A DNA stretch of 64,000 nt, taken from the human T2T-CHM13v2.0 reference genome, Homo sapiens. Of the stretch, positions 38,660-56,495 are shown piece after piece (the first letter of the stretch is position 1; every line of letters starts with the position of its first letter). The notes under the pieces were generated by a model, which did no database searches, was not told the origin of the DNA, and worked only from the letters and a program-made list of their open reading frames with translations. The translations under genes were made by a program, and so were the position numbers. The DNA lies in NCBI RefSeq assembly GCF_009914755.1, contig NC_060932.1. One strand, written 5' to 3'.

Positions 38660-39755
38660 CAGCGATTTTAAATCTGGGTTTCATGGACCATGCAATTCAG
38701 AAGATTCATGAACTTGGCTAAGAAAAAAATGAAAAAAAAATACATTTTTTTTTGCACTAACCTCTAAATGAAGCTTAGATTTCCCTTCTATTATGAATCT
38801 AGGCAACAAGCCACAGTAATATATGTGTGTGTGTGTGTGTGTGTATATACATTTTTTGAGATGGAGTCTCGCTGTGTCACCCAGGCTGGAGTGCAGTGGC
38901 GCGATCTCAGCTCACTGCAACCATTGGCCAGGCTGGTCTCGAACTCCTGACCTCAGTGATCTGCCTGTCTTGGCCTCCCAAAGTGCTGAAATTACAGGTG
39001 TGAGCCACTGCGCCTAGCCAAGCCACAGTAATATTATCAATTGGTAACAAAGTCACAAGTACTGATAAGCCACAGTAATATTATCAGTACTTGTGACTTT
39101 GTCACCAACAGAAATCAGATATCTTCCTACCACATTTACAGTTGTTGCAGATATCTCAAAACGTCATTTACATTCCTATTTTAAAATTTCAGTCATCATT
39201 AGACCTGCTGCCAGAACATGTTATGTAATGCATTAATAAAGAAGCACATGTGCTACTGTTATTGCAAATTTGTTTTTTAATGTTTTGATCACTGTGTTTC
39301 AACATAATAGATTTCCTTTGACATTACATATTTTATTTATGCATTAAAAAAATATTGTTCTCACTTTGGGAGGTCAAGGTGGGAGGATCACTTGAGCCCA
39401 GGAGTTTGAGAGTAGCCTAGGCAACGTAGACCCCATCTCTACAAAAACTACAAAAGTTAGCTTGGCATGATGGCATGCACCTGTAATCCCAGCTATTCAG
39501 GAGACTAAATTGGGAGGATCACTTGAGGCCAGGAAGTTGAGGCTGCAGTGAGCCGTGATCATGCCTGGGTGACAGAATGAGACCCTGTCTCCAAATAAAC
39601 ACACACACACTGACACACACCTACATATGTACATATAAAATGTATATAATGTACATATATAAAATGTATATGTATAGGTACATAGTTCTGAGAAGGAGTC
39701 ATAGCTTCATCAGAATACCCACGGGGTCTGTGGAACAAAAATCATGAAGCACCAC
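38660..39755 (+). mobile_element. Charlie4a-like hAT DNA transposon interrupted by two Alus
   Basis: ctgggtttcatggacc, cactaacctctaaatgaa, cagttgttgcagatatctcaaaa, gcattaataaagaagcacat, gagaaggagtcatagcttcatcag. Confidence 0.65.
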
Positions 39756-39849
39756 CAACCCAGTGGGACTAAAGGGGCAATGCTAGAGTTTAGTGCCTAT
39801 GAATGCTGGGAGTTCTGGTAAACCACCTTGCAGAATTACTATGTATTGT

Positions 39850-39938
39850 AATACATAGTATTACATTGTATAAGTGTATAAATACATAGTATTACATTAT
39901 ATAAATGTATAAATAATACATAGTATTACATTGTATAA
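39850..39938. repeat. ~31-bp tandem repeat, ~3 copies
   Basis: AATACATAGTATTACATTGTATAAGTGTATA-like units. Confidence 0.85.
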
Positions 39939-40733
39939 TACAAACTAGGAGTAAAAGTGAATTAGAAGTCAACTGCCCCTCATACACACACAGATGTTAG
40001 TCCAGCTTTGAATCATGTAGATGGCCCTGAAAATCTCCAAATTATAAATTGAATTAAAGCTATCCAGATTGCTGGTGGCTTCAAGAAGTAAACTAAAATA
40101 ATCTCTGAGGACAGATAACATCTCACTTTGTCGCCCAGGCTGGAGTGCAGTGGCGTGATCTTGGCTCACAGCAACTCCACTAATTTTTGTATTTTTAGTA
40201 GAGACGAGGTTTCACCTGTGTTGGCCAGGCTGCTCTCAAACTCTTGACCTCATGTGATCCACCCGCCTTGGCCTCCCAAAGTGCTGAGATTACAGGCGTG
40301 AGCCACGATGCCTGGCCTCAAATGACTTCTATTAGTAATTTTTCAAATACAATGTCTAGCATAAAGATAACTAGGCACATATGGAGAAAAGATAGTATGA
40401 ATGAGAACCAATAGAAGCAACAGATAATACAAACAGGTACTCCAGACAGTAGAATTACTAGACAGTCTGGAAAACAACCATGCTTGTGGAGATAAAAGAT
40501 GAACTCAAGAATTTCAGCAGGGAACTAGTATCAATATAAAGTAACATTGCAGATTTGAAAAAAATGTTAGCAATAGGCATGTCTGAGAGGAGAGGACAAC
40601 CATTTAGATTGGAGGTGGGTGGGAAATTAAAGACAGAAGAGTCTAGAATGATATCTGAGTGAAAACAATAATTAATCAGTGCAGTGGCATATAAAAAAAG
40701 AAGACGCTATTAGTTGGAAGAGGAGTAAAGTGA

Positions 40734-41066
<333 letters not shown>

Positions 41067-42348
41067 TGATGCCCAGCCAAGCTAGATGCAGTCTCGTTGT
41101 CTGGATATACTATAATTTACTTAAACAATTCCCTGGAAATGATTAGATTGTTTCCAAACTTTTGCTACTACAACCACTGCTGCATTGAATACTCTTGTAT
41201 ATGTGTCATTTCATTCATGCCTAGGGATAAAGTGGAATTATTGTAATATACTTTATATATTGTGCATACTAATCCTGTGTTGTTGGTCACATGCACTGCA
41301 GATATTTATTTTCTGTGGTGTGTCATTCAGTTTTTTTGGAGACAGGGTCTCAGTCGCCCAGGGTGGAGTGCAGGGGCATGTGATTCTCCCACCTCAGCCT
41401 CCTGAGTGGCTACAGATGCGCACCACCTACACACGCACACCACGACACCCAGCTAATTTTTTGTATTTTTTGTAGAGACAGAGTTTTGCCATGTTGCCCA
41501 GGCTGGTCTCGAACTTCTGGGCTCAAGTGATCTGCCTGCCTTGGCCTCCCAAATTGCTGGGATTACAGGTGTGAGCCACCACGTCCGGCCTAGCTCTTCT
41601 TATTGTGCCTTTTATCCCACAGAAGTAGTCAACTGAATGGAGTCAATTTTCTTCATGGTCTTCGGTTATTATATATTACTTAAGGAGTCTTATCCCAAGG
41701 ACATAAATCGAGTTTCCAATATTTTCTTCCAAAACTTTAGTTTTGCTTTTTTACATTTAGGTATTTAATCCACCTAAAATTAATTTGGGGATGTGGTGTG
41801 ATGTAAGAATTGAACTTTTCTCCATATGATAGCTAATCATCCCATTTTATTCCCATTTTATATGTGTGTATATATATATATACACACACACACATACACA
41901 CATACATATATGTGTGTGTGTATATATACACATTTGTGTATAAAGGCAGGGGTCTCACTCTGTTGCCCAGGCAGAAGTGCAGCCCTGTCCTCCTGGCTCA
42001 AGCAATTCTCTCACCTCCACCTCCTGAATAGCTAGGACTACAGGCATGCACCACCACGTCCAGCTAATTTTTAAATTTTTTGTAGAGACAGACTCTCACT
42101 ATGTTGCCCAGTCTGGGTCTCAAACTCCTGGTCTCAACCCATCCTCCTGCCTTATCCTCCCAAAGTGCTGGGATTATGGGTGTGATCCACCATGCCTGAC
42201 CCATTCAGGTATGTTTTATTGAACAGTCCATTCTTTCTTCCTGACTTTTAATGCTATCATGTGTGTGTGTGTGTGTTTGGCTGTTCATTTCCATTAGTCT
42301 ATTAATTTGTTCTAGATCTAAAACCACAGTATTTGCTGTGGATTTTAG

Positions 42349-42579
<231 letters not shown>

Positions 42580-43170
42580 TGATCTGACCTTGTGATCTGC
42601 CTACCTCGGCCTCCCAAAGTGCTGGGATTACAGGTGTAAGCCACCATGCCTGGCCCTATAGCTTTTAGTTTTAACTTTAAATAACTATTTAAATTACTAA
42701 AATATATATGCCATTGTCAATAGTTTAGAAAAACTGAGAGAAGAAAACAAAAATCACGTAACATTTCACCATCCTAAAATAACCACCAATAAAATGTTAG
42801 TGTTTGTGCTTCCTTCTTGTTGGTGGTGTTAAATGACTGAGCAAAACAATAACATGTCTAGAAAATGGGCCTAGTGCAGAAAAGGCTTCTTTAGCCTAAG
42901 TAGGGGAGAACAGAAAAAAAAAATGTAAATATGTTCTTTAAATTTTTTTTTAATTTTTTTTTTTTTTTTTTTTTTGGAAATGTAGTCTCGTTGTCACCCA
43001 GGCTGGAGTGCAGTGGCACCGATCTCGGCTCACTGCAGCCTCCACCCCCTGGGTTCAAGTGATTCTCCTGCCTCAGCCTCCTGAGTGGCTGGGATTACAG
43101 GCAGGTGCCACCATGCCAGGCTAATTTTTTTGTATTTTAGTAGAGACGGGGTTTCACCATTGTGATTGTT

Positions 43171-43483
<313 letters not shown>

Positions 43484-43489
43484 CACCAT

Positions 43490-44520
43490 TGTGATTGTTA
43501 ATGGGTGTCAACTTGATTGGATCGAAGGATACAAAGTATTGATCCTGGGTGTATTTGTGAGGGTATTGCCAAAAGAGATGAACATTTGAGTCAGTGGGCT
43601 GGGGATGGCAGACCCACCCTTAATCTGGTTGGCACAATCTAATCAGCTGCCAGTGAATATAAGCAGGCAGAAAAACGTGAAAAGGAGAGACTGGCCTAGC
43701 CTCCCACCCTACATCTTTCTTCCATGCTGGATGCTTCCTACCCTGGAACATTGGACTCCAGGTTCTTCAGTTTTGGGACTCAGATTGGCTCTCCTTGCTC
43801 CTCAGCTTGCAGATGGCCTATTGTGGGACCTTGTGATTATATACATTAATACTTAATAAACTCATATATATATATGAGTTAATAATACTTAATAAACTCA
43901 TATATATGAGATCTATATATCTAAGATATATATATGAGATCTATATATCTAATATAAGATATATATATGAGATCTATATATCGCATATAAGATATATATG
44001 AGATCTATATATCTCATATAAGATATATATGAGATCTATATATCGCATATAAGATATATATGAGATCTATATATCTCATATAAGATATATATGAGATCTA
44101 TATATCTCATATAAGATATATATGAGATATATATATCTCATATAAGGTATATATATGAGATATATAGATCTCATATAAGATATATATGAGATATATAGAT
44201 CTCATATAAGATATATATATGAGATATATATATCTCATATAAGATATATATATATCTAATATAAGATATATAGGAGATATATATATCTAATATAAGATAT
44301 ATATATATCTAATATAAGATATATATATATCTAATATAAGATATATATCTAATATAAGATATATATATATCTAATATAAGATATATATATATCTAATATT
44401 AGATATATATATATCTAATATTAGATATATATATATCTAATATAAGATATATATATATCTAATATTAGATATATATATATATATCCTGTTAGTTCTATCC
44501 TTCTAAGGAACCATAATACA
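43490..44520 (+). mobile_element. MLT2A (HERV-L) solo LTR, MLT2A2-like
   Basis: TG...CA termini, 5-bp TSD ACCAT (43485-43489, 44521-44525), gtgtcaacttgattgg...gatcctgggt and aacatttgagtcagtgggctggg...cagacccacccttaatctgg. Confidence 0.88.
43860..44485. repeat. AT-rich palindromic minisatellite inside the MLT2A LTR
   Basis: ~30-bp units such as ATATATGAGATCTATATATCTCATATAAGAT, grading into ATATATATCTAATATAAGAT units. Confidence 0.92.
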
Positions 44521-44848
44521 ACCATGTTGGCCCGGCTGGTCTGGAACTCCTGACCTCAGGTGATCCACCTGCCTTGGCAGCCTCCCAAAGTGCTGGGACT
44601 ACTGGCGTGAGCCACTGTGCCCGGCCTGTTCTTTAAATTTGAAGAATTTTTAGAGGAATGCTAAACAGTTGTTCGTTTTTAAAAGGCCCAAAGAAGAATA
44701 AAACCACTTACGTCAAAAGAAGTGGTTCCCTGAACATGAAGCAAGCCCCTTCCCTCCTTCCTTCTTTCCTTCTTTCCTGACTTCCTCCCTTCCTTTCTTC
44801 CTTCCTTCCTTCCTTCCTTTTTTGAGACGGTCTCACTCTGTTGCCTAG

Positions 44849-45085
<237 letters not shown>

Positions 45086-45502
45086 TGAGCCACTGCACGT
45101 GGCCGAAGCAAGAGACTCTGAAGAAGATAAAACAGTGGACAGCCCAGTCAAAAGATTTAGACATCCATCCCCCCACCGCCGAGAGACTGTAAGAAAGAAG
45201 TTGCTCCATCCTCTATCGGGTAGGAACCTGGGCCTTCCTTACTGCTTGTCATTCACAGCCAGCCAAGACATCTTAGGCTACACTCCAGTGACCTTTAAAA
45301 TTAAACTGCTTAATTTTAGTGGATTAACCAGAACAGCCAGGAGTGGGTCATGATGACCTGGGAGGAGACCAGCAGTTTGCCTGTGGTCATAAACAAGATC
45401 TCATGATCCAATTTCATTCTGGCTTTTAGAAACAAATTAATTTTGTGGGATAAAAAAATTCAGGAGGAAAGGGTAAGAAAGGAAGAGGGAAGGAATTAAT
45501 CA

Positions 45503-45899
<397 letters not shown>

Positions 45900-46907
45900 T
45901 CACTTGAGCTCAGGAGTTTGAGATCAGCCAGGGCAACACAGTGAGACCCTATGTCTACACAAAATTAGCCTGTGGTCCCAGATACTCAGGAGTCTGAGGT
46001 GGGAGGATTGCTTGAGCCCAAGAGGTCAAGGCTGCAGTGAGCTGTGATTGTGCCACTGCACTCCAGCCTGGGTGACTAATAGGAAGAAAGCAATGGAAAA
46101 TAAACTGGGATTCTTATAAAAAGCAAGCTACTTTTCTAATCTAAGTCAGAATACCCAGAACATATACAAGGACAAATGAGTCAATAAAGTGACAAAGCCA
46201 AACCTAGAGCTATTTATGAAGAATAGAAAGGCCTATGCTGCGTCAGGAAGAAAAGGCAAACCCAGCGCTGGAATGGTCTACCAAACAAGGTTGTAAGAGC
46301 TATAGTCTTAGACACGACAGAAAAATTAATAGATATTCTTCTGTCCTGAAAGGTTTAAGCGTCTGCTCACCCAACATTTGCAAAGGGCGGTATCAGAAAG
46401 TCTCTAGAGTTTCCTTCCAGTTTCCAATCTGCCTGCATGCAGCAGTCTTCTGTAGATTTATGCATGGTTCCACACATCTCTTCCAGAATATTAATACTAA
46501 TTCCTCACATTGAGAGGCACTTTTTGTTTTTCAAAATATTTTCACAAGGAGCAGGATACAATGAAATGATCCTGTGACTTGGAGTCAGAAAATGAAGCTC
46601 AGGTCCAGAATCTACATTTTTATTAACTCAGCAGCTGTGGAGAAATTACTTCCTTATCTGTAAACTGGAGCTAATAGTAATACCAACATAAAAAGTTTGC
46701 TATAGGGAAAAAGTGAGATGAAGTATTAAAAGGTTTTTGGCTGGGTGCAGTGTCTCATGCCTGTAATCCCAGTATTTTGGGAGGCTGAGGAGGGAGAATA
46801 GCTTGAGGCCAGGAGTTCAAGATCAGCCTGGACAACATACCAAGACCCCATCTCTACAAAAAATTTTAAAAATTAGCCTGGTGTTGTGGCATGCACCTTT
46901 AGTCCTA

Positions 46908-47547
<640 letters not shown>

Positions 47548-48379
47548 TCACTTGACCCAGGAGGTGGCGGAGGTTGCAGTGAACCGAGATGGCACCACTG
47601 TGCGCCAGCCTGGTTGTCAGAGTGAGACCCTGTCTCAAAAACAAAAAAAGAGGTTTTGAGAGGTCAGAGTATCACACATATATAAGATGTATAAGATGTT
47701 GTCTTCATCTTCTTACAATACATTGACATAGACAGTTACCATTATCCCATTTTCAGATATAAAAGCTTCAGCGTTTCCGTAGTCACTGGTAGGCAGTATG
47801 GCCAAGCTTGCGATCTAGCACTTCTGACTCAGAAAATCAGTTACCTTTCCCTGACCCCACACTGTTTGTCCAGCAAAAATAAGTTCCGACCTTGACCTCT
47901 TCCCATGGCACCTACAGAGGCAATGCCTCCCCAACTGCCTGGTTTCCAACTATGTTGAGCAGTGAAATTGCTTAGATCATGGTAGATCATTTCCAGGTCT
48001 AACTTTGGTCCAATATGTTCTTCCAACTCAAGGTCTCTGTGGGTGAAAGGTTTTTAGGGTCTTTGAAACTTTTACATATGTTGTGTGTTTAGCCAGATTT
48101 GGGGGGTTTCAGTGTGCAAGATAAATGCACACAATCCTGACAAAAAGAGATCTAAATAACTGTCTAAACAACTGCTCTTTTAGCCTACATTTGCTTTGAT
48201 AGCAATGCCAGGATCACGCTGAGCTAAATACTTGGCATTAACCAGTGTAAATAGAGAAAAACAACTCTTATGCAATGAGAGTCAGTTGAAAACCTAGAGC
48301 TTATTGAAAGTACCAAGAACAAGAGAAAAAGAAATCTGGAAAAACAATCCAGCTACTTTCTCTTCCTTCAAAATAATCA

Positions 48380-51330
<2,951 letters not shown>

Positions 51331-51377
51331 AGATATGGGAAAAGGGCAACTTTTTTTTTTTTTTTTTTTTTTTTTGA

Positions 51378-51536
<159 letters not shown>

Positions 51537-52115
51537 TAGTAGAGACAGGGTTTCACTGTGCTGTCATGCTGGTCTCCAACTCCTGACCTCAAGTGATCCA
51601 CCTGCCTCGGCCTCCCAAAGTGCTGGGATTACAGGCATGAGCCACTGCTCCCGGCCAAAAGGGCAACTTTTCAAGGCTACTGGTGGAACTGGGCACGGTG
51701 GCTCATGCCTATAATCCCAGCCCTTTAGGAGGCCGATGTGGGAGTATCGCTTGAGCCCAGGATTTGAAGACCAGCCTGGGCAACAGGGAGACCAAGTCTC
51801 TATTAAAAGAAAAATAATTAAAGTAAATAAATACGACAAACAGGCTGGGCACGGTGGCTCACGACTGTAATCCTAGCTCTTTGGGAGGCCGAGGTGGATG
51901 GATTGCCTGAGCTCAGGAGTTCAGACCAGCCTGGGCAACACCGTGAAACCCCATCTCTACTAAAATACAAAAAACTAGCCGGGCGTGGTGGCACACGCCT
52001 GTAGTCCCAGCTACTAGGGAGGCTGAGGCAGGACCCACTAGAACCCGGGAGGCGGAGGTTGCAGTGAGCCGAGATCAGGCCACTGCACTCCAGCCTGGGC
52101 GACAGAGTGAGTCTC

Positions 52116-52163
<48 letters not shown>
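52116..52163 (+). repeat. (AAT)n microsatellite derived from an Alu tail
   Basis: Pure taataataa run directly after the Alu 3' end. Confidence 0.95.
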
Positions 52164-52164
<1 letters not shown>

Positions 52165-52519
52165 TACAACAGACAAACAAACACAAATCCCGTCTATTCC
52201 ACAGCTAAGAGGGTTTCCAGTTTCAACATTGTCCCTGTTGTCCCTCCTGTCCTGATCACAGACCCCCATCACTGGTGACCCCAGAGTGATCCCAAATGCT
52301 GCCCCAGGTGACGTGCTGGTGGCCTGAGGCAAAATGTCTGTGTCACACTTCTTCTCCTCCTTCTTCTTCTTTCTTCCTAGAGACGGGATCTCACCATCTT
52401 GCCCAGGCTGGTCTCCTAACTCCTGGGCTCAAGCGAGCCTCCCACCTTGGCCTCCCGAGTAGCTGGGACCTACTGAGTCACACTTGTAGTCACATCCTTT
52501 TCCTTTCTCCAACCCACTG

Positions 52520-53560
52520 GTTAATCATGAAAGGCTCTTCTGATTGGCTGCCTCCTGGCAGTAGTGCCTCAGCGCGACGGTTCGGGAGCAAATAAATAAT
52601 TCCCGCTGGGAAGCTGTTTCTCAGACAGGAGCAGCGACACCCCTGCCACGCCTGCCGCCTGGAGTTGAGTGGGGTAAGCACGCCGGCCTCCAGGAATCGA
52701 CGGTGCCACGTGGTTCTTCTTGCACTTCTCTTCTTCTCCAGTTTCAGGGGACACCGTGGGGTGTGCGAGCCCGGGGGAGCGCAGGGAAGGGCGGGTTGGG
52801 CTGCAGGTGGGAATGTGCGGTCCTTCTGCGCCCTCAACAGAGCTTCCTTCCTTTTTGCCAAGGTCCCCGTGCCGCCTTCAGCGCGCCTCCTTATGCACCT
52901 CTACCTCTGCTGCAGCGTACCTCTTCCGCAGCCCTAGCGGCCTCCCCGAGGGGCGCCGCGGCCTCGGCTGTCCCTCCCCTGCCTGGCACGACCACCTGAC
53001 CCCCAGCGACCCAAGAAGCAAGTTGTGTTTGCAGACGCAAAGGGGCTGTCGTTGGTATCGGTGCACTGGTTTGAAGCCACTGCGGGCACAGCCTGAAGAG
53101 GGCCGGTGTCCCGCGTGCAGCCTCCCCGGCCCGGCCTCCTCCTGCTGCAGAACCGCCCCCCACGCCCGGGCTGCTGCGCCCCAGGAGGGACTAGCGGGTA
53201 TTCAGGGATGCCCGCACTCTCGGGGGCGAGCCTGCAGCTGTGTGCCCTGTAGGGGCTTCCTGCGGGGCACCGTGAGCGCAGGTGGGGACAAGCGGGCGGT
53301 GCAGATGCGCACCCCCTGGATGCCTGGGGCTCCTTCCAACAAGAGCCCTGTGTTGGAATGCCGGGTCCCCGCCGAGGTGAGAGGGTCGGCTTCGCCTTCC
53401 AGGTGGTGTTGCCGCCGAGTACCCTGGCCCCGCGGGCCACCGTCCAGTTCTGCTTCTCTTTAGAGCGTGCTCAGCGGCCTTTCGGGGACAGTAATCAAAG
53501 GCAAAACTACAGCTGGGTGCCGGGTTCGCCGTCCTGCTCATCAGAATGAAGCCAGGCTCT
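52520..53560. promoter_or_regulatory. Intergenic CpG-rich island covering the PPP1R3-like relic and its candidate promoter
   Basis: Many CpGs and high GC. ATTGG 52543-52547, AT-rich AAATAAATAAT ~52590, donor GGG|GTAAGC at 52674, pyrimidine tract plus AAG acceptor ending 52862. Confidence 0.65.
52863..53549 (+). pseudogene. Decayed PPP1R3C/PPP1R3B-like gene (PP1 glycogen-targeting subunit; RVxF motif + CBM21 domain)
   Basis: Manual translation gives family motifs in the correct order: MHLYLCCS (52893), LPCLA, KKQVVFADAKGLSLVSVHWFE (53013-53075), PRRD*RVFR (53180-53206), SLQLCAL* (53229-53252), LRGTVSAGGDKRAVQMRT (53260-53313), and [68 protein letters not shown] (from 53316; stop 53547-53549). 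It has at least 4 internal stops and several frameshifts. Compared with recalled PPP1R3C/B sequences. Confidence 0.85.
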
Positions 53561-53845
53561 GTGAGGGCGCACAGACAGACAGGCTGAGGCCTCTGCGCCT
53601 GCCTTTTCCACCTGGGCAAAGCGTGATTTCTTGTCCAGGACGCGCGTGTTTCCCATGTCGGGGAACTTTGCTCAATCTGTTTTCTTGCTCCTGAATTCAT
53701 AATGGGGAAACAGGACTGATTCAACTCCTAGTCCCTGCAGAAGGCCTCGAATGCCTTGCATTCTTCTCTCACTTCCTGACTACAAGGGATGAGGTTTTGC
53801 TTTAGGAAGATTCTGGGAATGGAGTCGGGAAACCGAAGAAATGCA

Positions 53846-53851
53846 AATAAA
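53846..53851 (+). terminator. Candidate poly(A) signal of the PPP1R3-like relic
   Basis: AATAAA ~300 nt after the relic's stop codon, followed by a GT-rich tract at ~53902-53945. Confidence 0.45.
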
Positions 53852-54246
53852 GTATTTATATGTAATTATTGAAAGGGCTTAGCAGAGAGTGTCTAAGGAC
53901 CGTGGGTGGTGTGTGCGTGCGCATGTGTGTATGTTTGTGTGTGTATTGCAGAGGTTGGGGAGGGGTTCTTTACGTTAAAGATGGGAGAGAGAACTTTGCC
54001 CTTCTACTTTCCTCTCCATCTAGGAAGGGCTACTTTCCTGGTAACTTGAAATAGTCAGGCTTATTCCACTTTTGCCAAAAGGAATGTTCATTAAAGCATC
54101 TTCAACAGTTGATATAATAAACACTTTTTCTCCCTCTTCATCATATAAAAGTGTGGGGAGACTCTGTCTCTGTTCATTTCAAAATATGGGTACTTTTAAA
54201 AACACTTATTTTCAGTAGTTTAGTACACTTTAATTTTTAATTTTAA

Positions 54247-54624
<378 letters not shown>

Positions 54625-56045
54625 TGATCCTCCCACCTTGGCCTCCCAAAGTGCTGGGATTACAGGCGTGAGCCAACACACCCGGCTGCTACTACTTCTT
54701 TGAGTGCAATTTACCTAGACCCAGAAACCTGACCTTTGCCCCCACGGCCCCCATAGCTCCCCATTATGTATTGATGGTCCGGTATTGAAAGCATCCACTG
54801 AAGTGTTTGCCTCCCCCAGGATGGGAGAAAGTGAGGACAAGTTGGCCTTGGACACAGCCGGCCGCAGGCTGGCCACCCCCCTGGAGCTCAGAACATATGG
54901 ATTAGAATAATATATGTGAATGTGTGCCAAGTATGCCTCTAGCTTCAATTTACAGTGTTCTGAGAGCTTTAGATGTTGGAAGGCTTTAACCTCTTTTCAG
55001 GGACTCTTCATTCTTCGATTATTATTCATAGATGACAAATTTTAAATAAAAGATTTCTTTTTGTACACTTTTATCTCTTCTGATACTTGATTTCTTGGAC
55101 TACATTTTTTATGCCAATGGCAGGTATTGAGGTTGAACAAGCAACATTCACTTTATTTTTTCTTTCTTTCTTTCTTTTTTTTTTTTTTTTTGAGACAGAA
55201 TCTTGCTCTGTCACCCAGGCTGGAGCGCAATGGCACTATCCTGGCTCACTGCAACCTCTGCCTCACGGGTAAGCGATTCTCCTCCCTCAGCCTCCCGAGT
55301 AGCAGGGATTACAGGTGCCTGCCACCATGCCCAGCTAATTTTTGTATTTTTAGTAGAGACGGGGTTTCACCATGTTGGCCAGGCTGGTCATGAACTCCTG
55401 ACCTCAAGTGATCCACCCAACCTTGGCCTTCCAAAGTGCTGTGATTACAGGCATGAGTCACCCCAACCGGCCACTTCATTTTTTTCCCTAAAGGGCCTGC
55501 CCCACCTGACTCTCGAACAAAACAGCCAGGGTGCCCTGCCAGGTGGTTAACAGGGTAAAGGCAGAAGCAGCCAAACACACAGGCTTCCAGGAACAGTGTG
55601 GACAGAGCTGCAGCTTCCTCATCTGATAATGGGAGCTATTGCAATCGCTACTGTTTCCCTCTTGCCTTCTAGAAGGCCTGACTCCATTAAGGGTTGATCA
55701 TGAATAGGGCAGGTGGACTTATAGAGCATGCTGTCAGAGTTGGGGGTTGCTTTCAAATTCAAGCTAGTAAAAATCAACAGAAAAGATGAGTAGCCAGCTG
55801 TAGAAGTGACGTACTCCTAAGATGTGTGGTAATGTATTTCTAATGACATTAGAGTTTCTGAAATCCATCTCATCATCATGGCCTAGCACTAGAAAGGGGA
55901 AGTGCTGGGAGACCACGTGGACCAGGCGTCACATTTAGAGAGGGTCTGGGACCTAGACTTTTGATACTATCTCCAAATTAAGTTACACATACAACTACAG
56001 AGAGAACTAACAGGATTGAAAAAAGATGCTGCTCAGCTGGGCTCA

Positions 56046-56495
<450 letters not shown>

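Noticed and set aside
43860-44485. Regular ~30-bp palindromic repeats superficially like a CRISPR array
   Set aside because: No unique spacers, eukaryotic context, and it lies inside an LTR; it is a minisatellite.
52720-53463. 247-aa ORF, the longest in the window
   Set aside because: GC-rich open frame. Only the short LRGTV...VQMRT stretch is in the ancestral PPP1R3 frame, so it is not a credible protein.
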